Assembly (NCBI GenBank): GCA_963823665.1 | Contig: CAWGMQ010000001.1 | Coordinates: 1-47,131, forward strand | Direction of reading: 5' to 3' | Origin: an uncultured Planctomycetota bacterium | GTDB lineage: Bacteria > Planctomycetota > Planctomycetia > Isosphaerales > Isosphaeraceae | DNA length: 47,131 nucleotides | In this document: one piece after another, positions 41,904 through 47,131 of the stretch | Layout of the letters: every line of letters begins with the position of its first letter | Numbering within the stretch: position 1 is the stretch's first letter | Made by a program: the position numbers and the translations under genes | The notes under the pieces: model-generated | The model's input: the letters and a program-made list of their open reading frames with translations, nothing else | What the model was told of the DNA's origin: nothing | Database searches by the model: none

Positions 41904-42314
41904 ATGGGGGATGCCATGATTCCGGTCGGCGAGTGGCGGGAGCTTGTGATCCGGGTCCGTGAGGGTCTCCGGCTGGCGCTCGGGGCTATGCTGTCCTGGC
42001 GTGAATCGCTGGCCACGCTGGCGATCGGGACGCTCTCCACCGCGCTCGGGGTCGCGGCGCTGGCAGTGCGCCACCCGCGATTCGACTTGGTCTACGCGGC
42101 GTTCGTCGGCCACTGGCTGGGGATCGGCGGCGTCTTCTCGGCCCTCCGGATCGGGCGCGGCATCTCGCTGCTCTCGGTGCTCGGCACGGCGCTGTGCCTC
42201 GCGGTGGTGGGGCCGATCTACGCGCTGGCGGCCCTCGGGCTGCTGGGTATCGCGGCGTGGATGGTGCTCTCCGTGTGGGCCGTGCGCGGGGTGCTACGCG
42301 TCCTCGGCGGATAG
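41904..42314 (+). CDS. hypothetical membrane protein
   Basis: about four hydrophobic segments and high third-position GC; start uncertain. Confidence 0.6.
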   Translation: MGDAMIPVGEWRELVIRVREGLRLALGAMLSWRESLATLAIGTLSTALGVAALAVRHPRFDLVYAAFVGHWLGIGGVFSALRIGRGISLLSVLGTALCLAVVGPIYALAALGLLGIAAWMVLSVWAVRGVLRVLGG

Positions 42315-42466
42315 CCGTACTGCTAGCACCCCGTCGAGGCCGATCCGCCGGAGCCGGAATGAATTTCTTCGGGCGCAAACGATGGATAATAGTTGGCGCG
42401 GCCAGGTGGGCGCAGGACGATGACCGGACATGTAACGGGTGATTCACGACCTTTGGAGGCATTCCC

Positions 42467-43748
42467 ATGCGAACGATCTCGACGGGATTCCTCGCCTGTG
42501 CGGTGTATGTCCTGGCCCCGCCCTTGGCTTTCGGCCAACCCCAGGCTCCCCCTCGTCCGGACGGTGAAAGGGACCAGCCCCCCACGGCGCACGAGCTCGC
42601 GCACCTCTTACAACGACACGCCCCGCCTTCTCTGGAGGGTGACAGGGAGATCGCCGGCCTATCCGCGAGCAGTCATCCCGAGGTTCTGAACTGGGAACGC
42701 GTCTACGCGCTGGCCCTGGTGCGCGCCCGTGGCGGCCCCGGGCCGCGCGCCGAGGCCCTCGACCCGAAGGCAGTTGCAGAGCAGGCCGCGCGGAATGGGT
42801 TCGATGACTTTGGCAGGTTCCGCAAGGAGTTCCTCGCCGCACGTCTCCAGGGCGGTGGGGGTTTCCACGACCCGAGCGGCGAATTCCTCGCGCTCCTGGA
42901 CCAGCTCGAGAGGATCGACCATGCGCAACGGAATGCCGCATTTTACGAGAACACATTCACATTGCTTTCAGAACTCATCAAAGGTGAGTCCGCAGGATTG
43001 AGCCAGCTCCATCTTGACCAGGCCGAGGCCATGTTGATCCGGGCACGCCAGGACCTAGCCGAGGCGATTGGCGATTACCGCGATCGATTGGAGAGGTTCA
43101 AGATTACGATGGGCCTATCTGTTCGCGCCGGTGGTCCTGGACCGGGAGATTGTGGCGTCCTTCGGCAGGGTGTTCGATCAGGCCCGGAGCTGGCAAGAGC
43201 GACCCGAGCATGGTCTCCCCGAGCTCCCCCGAATCATCAAGGGACTGCCGGCCCTGGGGGAGGTGGTGGTCGAGGGTCGCTCCATCCTCGCCCTGATGGG
43301 AGGGAGTACCGACCAGCAGGAAGAAGCGCTGACCCGCGCGGCGCGGCTCGCGATCCAGAATCGGAGCGATCTCGACAAGGGGCAGGCTCCCGGAGATGCC
43401 GCCGCCGCACTCGAACTGGACATCCGGCGCCGGATCCGTCGGCTGTTCGAGATGCGTCGCGCTTATGAGGCGCAGCAGCGAATCTACGAGGTGTCCATCC
43501 GGCTGATCGATCAAGGGCTCGAGCAAATCGCCGCACCGTCCAGGATCAGCGCACTCGCGCGCCCGGCGATGATCGCCAGTGGCATCACCGGCCTTCTCGC
43601 GCCGGAGGCTCAGCGGCTGAACGCGGAGGACCGGCTCGTCACGATCTGGACGTCCTTCCAGACGGAGCGGCTGGCCCTCTATCGGGAGCTCGGCATCCTC
43701 CCTTACGACGATTGGAAGTCCCTCTTCAACGATCTCTCGGCCCGATGA
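42467..43748 (+). CDS. exported protein, distant TolC-like helical family; apparent frameshift near 43125
   Basis: RBS GGAGG; signal peptide; DRLERFKITMGL then PVVLD...AIQNRSDL...ERLALYRELGILPYDDW; family call tentative. Confidence 0.6.
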
Positions 43749-43908
43749 GGCCGAGGATTCGTCACCGCCCGCGACGGCGCTCGCTGATTCGCGCTTTCCG
43801 GCAATTCGGCTGATCCCGACCGCTTACGCTTCGTCGCCGGGCCGCAGCCCGGGGTGGAAAGTCTCATCCATAGTTGGCGCGAACGCCTCGGCGCGGGACG
43901 CTGCCGGA

Positions 43909-44150
43909 ATGGGACGTAGCTGGACCGAGAGGCCGGAACCCCCTGAGATCACGACCCCACGCGAAGGGCCCGTCTGCGGTTCACGATCGGCCAATTGATG
44001 ATCCTGATAGCCGTTGTCGGCGTACTCCTGGGTATCGGGGCGAGGGCATACTCGAACCCGCATTTGATTGTCGTGGCTCTGGTCTCTCTCATCGTGCTTG
44101 GGCCGGTCGGCCTTCAGCTCTACGCGATCTTCTGGCGGGATCAGCCATAG
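43909..44150 (+). CDS. small two-TM membrane protein (absent from the ORF track); probable frameshift near 43957
   Basis: RLRFTIGQLMILIAVVGVLLGIG...LIVVALVSLIVLGPVGLQLYAIFW, stop 44148-44150. Confidence 0.55.
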
Positions 44151-44300
44151 CGTAACAAGCCGTCCGAATGGAACCGCTGATTCATAGTTGGCGCGAACAC
44201 TCAAGCGCGGGACGACGTGACTTAAGGAGCAGGCCGCGAATAACTTCCCGATTTAGCGTTTTCCAACGTAGCGGTCTACGACTTGCGTTTTTCACTGGTT

Positions 44301-44325
44301 ACGGCACACGGCGTGTGCCTACTAC
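44301..44325 (-). repeat. GTAG-type REP palindrome
   Basis: minus strand GTAGTAGGCACACGCCGTGTGCCGT. Confidence 0.65.
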
Positions 44326-44444
44326 AATGATTCGCCCGGATTCGAAATCGGGAAGATGATTCAGGCGCGTTTCTAAGAGTAAAGCGAATGGCGGCACCGA
44401 TTTCAGTCGCCCCAAGCCCCAAGGTGCTGTCGCCCGATACTAAC

Positions 44445-44603
44445 ATGTTCATCACCGACGGGCCGTTCCTGGAGACCAAGGAGCACATCGGCGGTTTTTG
44501 GATTCTGGAAGCTGCTGACATGGACGGGGCGCTGGCGTAGGGGCGCAAGGCCGTCGTCGCCTGTCGGGTGCCGGTTGAGGTGCGCCCGTTCCACCGACGA
44601 TAG
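44445..44603 (+). pseudogene. YciI/DGPFAETKE-family remnant
   Basis: ITDGPFLETKEHIGGFWILEAADMDGALA*GRKAVVACRVPVEVRPF; 5'-truncated, internal TAG at 44538. Confidence 0.8.
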
Positions 44604-44624
44604 ATTACAAGTTATGCAGCTTCC

Positions 44625-45470
44625 TCATTGCTTTTTTTGCGGCTCTGCATCGAAAAAGTCGTTCACCATCGGGACGATGACGTCCATACGCTGCATCAGC
44701 GTGACGTGCGTAGTGTTGGGCAAGATGGCCAATCGCGATTCAGAGCGAGTCTTCATGTCGCCGTGAACCTCGCCACCTTTCAGGCGAAACATTTCCGCAA
44801 CATGTTCGAGTCGCACGCCATCAGCGTCGCCGTGGATGAAAAACATCGGCGCCCTGGTGGCCTTGAGCTTATCGGCACCGAGGTCGTCCGGTTTCGCTTC
44901 CGCCGCGAGGAGGTGCTTGACGAGATTCGGAAATTCGTTGGGCGTCGGACTCAGCTTTTTGTATTCGACTTCAATGGGCGAGCCTTTGAAGTCCTCCGCC
45001 GTGAGTTTCGGTAACGCATCGATCGCTTCCTTCACCCCGCCGTCACGGCGGAACATGGACGAAATGACGACCACCTTTCGCACTTTGTCCGGATGGCGGA
45101 TCGCACACTGCATCGCGACGCCGCCGCCCATGCTGTAACCGATCACGTCGGCGCGTGGGACCTTGAGATGATCGAGCAGCGCCGCCACATCGTCGGCGAG
45201 GTTTGCAGAGCTGATATCGCGGTCGATGTCGGCCGTGCGCCCGTGGCCCTGGAGCTCGACGGCAATCACTTTCCGCGTTTTGGAAAGTTCGCCAATCCAC
45301 CCGGTCCAGTTGTTGGTGATGGTCATGAACGCGCCGTGCAGCAACACCACAGGATCGCCGCTGCCGTGCACCTCATAGTACATTTTCAGTCCGTTGACCG
45401 GCGCGTAGCCCGTCGTTGGTGTTTGCTGCGCGGATGCGAACATCGTCAGGACAAAAGCGATTGTCGTCAT
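44625..45470 (-). CDS. alpha/beta hydrolase
   Basis: [13 protein letters not shown], nucleophile elbow GYSMGG, HGDAD, PNTTH. Confidence 0.92.
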   Translation of the reverse strand: MTTIAFVLTMFASAQQTPTTGYAPVNGLKMYYEVHGSGDPVVLLHGAFMTITNNWTGWIGELSKTRKVIAVELQGHGRTADIDRDISSANLADDVAALLDHLKVPRADVIGYSMGGGVAMQCAIRHPDKVRKVVVISSMFRRDGGVKEAIDALPKLTAEDFKGSPIEVEYKKLSPTPNEFPNLVKHLLAAEAKPDDLGADKLKATRAPMFFIHGDADGVRLEHVAEMFRLKGGEVHGDMKTRSESRLAILPNTTHVTLMQRMDVIVPMVNDFFDAEPQKKQ

Positions 45471-45602
45471 GTGTGATTCCTAGGCAACTGTTTGGTGGCG
45501 ACTCTCAAGTGAATCGAATGGAGCTCGTCGCAATCGACAACTAGACTAGTGTTGGCCGTTCAGTCGAAAGCGAGCGAACGTGCGTGAGCAATGCAACGCG
45601 AC

Positions 45603-46091
45603 CTAACCCGCCAGTACTCCGTCGAGCTGCTTGTAGCTCATTTCCATGCCGTCGGTCATGCCTGTTGAGAACGCGGCGTCTCGGTCGGCTTGCGAGGCGA
45701 ACTTGATTGAGGTCGCCACGTTTGTCATTCCGTTGGCCTCATTGAATGTGACGGTGACGATGTATGGTTCACTTCCCATCGATCCACCCAAGTCGCCCGG
45801 GTCGTAGATTTGCGTATGCACGATCTTCGAATGCAACGCGACCTCCAGCATCTCTCCCGTGAACCCAAACTCCTGGCCGTTCTCGTTATCTCGCCAGCGC
45901 CAGCGATACTTCCCACCCACATGAGTAGCCATCTCGCACACCGGCATCGACCATCCGGGCATGGCCGTTAGCCAACGACGCATCAACGCGGGATCCGTAT
46001 ACGCCTGCCACACCAGATTGACCGGCGCATCAAAGCTCCGTTTCACCAGCACTTCTCGATCTGACGGCGTGCTCACTTCAGCAGGTTTCAT
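45603..46091 (-). CDS. SRPBCC/AHSA1 family protein
   Basis: TPSDREVLVKRSFDAP..LVW.AYTDP.LMRRW, GGKYRW, GMTDGMEMSY.QLD. Confidence 0.9.
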   Translation of the reverse strand: MKPAEVSTPSDREVLVKRSFDAPVNLVWQAYTDPALMRRWLTAMPGWSMPVCEMATHVGGKYRWRWRDNENGQEFGFTGEMLEVALHSKIVHTQIYDPGDLGGSMGSEPYIVTVTFNEANGMTNVATSIKFASQADRDAAFSTGMTDGMEMSYKQLDGVLAG

Positions 46092-46429
46092 TTGTTTCGC
46101 TCCTCTTTCTGTGCTTGCTTCAACTCGGCGAGCAACGCGTCGAGTCGCTTGTAGTTGCCTTCCCAAATCTCTTGCACTTTCTCCAGCCAATCCGTGACCG
46201 CTTTCAATTGCTCCGTCTCCAGCTTGCAGGGCCGCAACTGGGCCACTCGACTACGCGAAATCAGCCCCGCCGATTCCAACACCTTCAGGTGCGACGAGAT
46301 CGTAGGTTGCGTCAACGAGAAGAGGCCGACCAAGTCGGATACGGATGCCTCGCCTCGAGCCAGATGCACCACGATTCCACGTCGAGTGGGGTCGGCAAGA
46401 GCGGCAAATGCTTGGTCCAGTCGGTTCAT
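46088..46429 (-). CDS. ArsR/SmtB family transcriptional regulator
   Basis: LDQAFAALADPTRRGI, QPTISSHLKVLESAGLI, RVAQLRPCKL. Confidence 0.93.
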   Translation of the reverse strand: MNRLDQAFAALADPTRRGIVVHLARGEASVSDLVGLFSLTQPTISSHLKVLESAGLISRSRVAQLRPCKLETEQLKAVTDWLEKVQEIWEGNYKRLDALLAELKQAQKEERNK

Positions 46430-46436
46430 CTACTAT

Positions 46437-46465
46437 AGAATATCGTCTATATAGATCGTCGTCAA
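46437..46465 (-). promoter_or_regulatory. sigma70-like promoter, probably giving a leaderless arsR transcript
   Basis: minus strand: TTGACG, 17-nt spacer, TATTCT, then 7 nt to the ATG with no RBS. Confidence 0.65.
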
Positions 46466-46495
46466 TATACGAATTTCGAATTCGCTGGAAATTAG

Positions 46496-47131
46496 GAACG
46501 GGCCGGGAATAAACTCCCGGCGTGCTTTTGGTATATTATCCGGCCGGACTAACGGAGTGTAACATCGGGAGGATGGCATGGACGCCTACGGGACGGAGGT
46601 CGAGCGCGTGATGAAGCGATTGTTCGATTCCTTGGCTGAGAAGGATCGGCGGCGCTATGCGGCGGTTGAGGCTACGAAGCTGGGCCACGGTGGGGTTGAG
46701 TACATCGCCGGTCTCTTCGGCTGCCACCCCAAGACAATCCGCCAAGGGCAAGCGGAGTTGGAGGGCACGGACGACCTGGACACTGGTCGCGTCCGAAAAA
46801 AGGGGGTGGACGGAAACGGCGGATCGTCATCGAGCCGGCCCTAGCCGAGAACTTCCTGAAGGTTCTCGAGAACCACACCGCAGGTGATCCCATGCGGGGC
46901 GACATCAAGTGGACCAATCTGTCGCGGCGCCAGATCGCCGAGCGGATGGGCGCCCTGGGTACTCCGGTGAGCCGCGACGTAGTGTCCCAACTGCTTCGGC
47001 AGCACGGCTACCGCCGGCGTAAGGCACAGAAGAAGAAGACCATGGGCCATCATCGCGATCGTAACGTGCAGTTCGAGAAGATCGCCCGCCTGAGGAAGAA
47101 GTACCTGAAGGCTGGATTGCCGGTGATCAGC
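46496..47131 (+). mobile_element. ISAzo13-family IS, left part (runs off the window)
   Basis: putative left end GAACGGGCCGGGAATAA after TAG; transposase follows; right end not in window. Confidence 0.7.
46578..47131 (+). CDS. ISAzo13-family transposase, partial, with -1 shift at AAAAAAGGGGG (46796-46806)
   Basis: LAEKDRRRYAAVEA.KLGHGG, RVRKK then GGGRK, HTAGDPM...WTNLS, DRNVQFEKI, PVIS. Confidence 0.88.

Larger units (their letters stand above)
41661..44214 (+). repeat. dispersed 31-bp intergenic direct repeat, 4 copies
   Basis: ATAKTTGGCGCG-N9-GCGCRGGACG at 41661-41691, 42389-42419, 43870-43900 and 44184-44214. Confidence 0.8.

Noticed and set aside
41661..44214. sigma54 promoters, CRISPR repeats or dif sites as the explanation of the TTGGCGCG repeat
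   Set aside because: No TTGC at the -12 position; spacing is gene-sized and irregular; no conserved XerD-like arm.

Overview
GC-rich bacterial DNA, probably from a planctomycete (inferred from the Ser/Thr kinase-TPR/ECF sigma pairs, a PEP-CTERM protein, GTAG-type REPs and an ISAzo13 element). About ten small indels in short base runs suggest long-read consensus errors. Three blocks. (1) 0.4-23.6 kb: a low-oxygen/fermentation island. It holds an acyl-CoA synthetase-GNAT fusion, Hsp20, two USPs, a group 3d hoxEFUYHW hydrogenase, CsrA, a Zn-dependent ADH, pfkA, methylmalonyl-CoA mutase plus ScpB decarboxylase, and a PolX-like HhH protein. At its centre is a four-gene relay: globin-coupled His kinase, dual receiver, REC-PAS kinase, REC-ANTAR regulator. 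Reading the intergenic DNA shows five homologous leaders, each a sigma70-like promoter followed by two hairpins with mostly RNGRN pentaloops, the second overlapping an intrinsic terminator. They precede hsp20, csrA, a small gene, the mutase operon and the sensor operon itself. The best candidate new system is therefore a heme/O2-sensing ANTAR antitermination regulon with a non-canonical RNA motif. (2) 23.8-37.5 kb: two paralogous Ser/Thr kinases flanking an FHA-ABC transporter, an ECF sigma factor and a complete IS1634-family element inserted in a hexamer microsatellite. (3) 37.5-47.1 kb: small accessory genes and pseudogenes punctuated by a recurring 31-bp element, an ArsR-SRPBCC-hydrolase cluster and the start of an ISAzo13 element.
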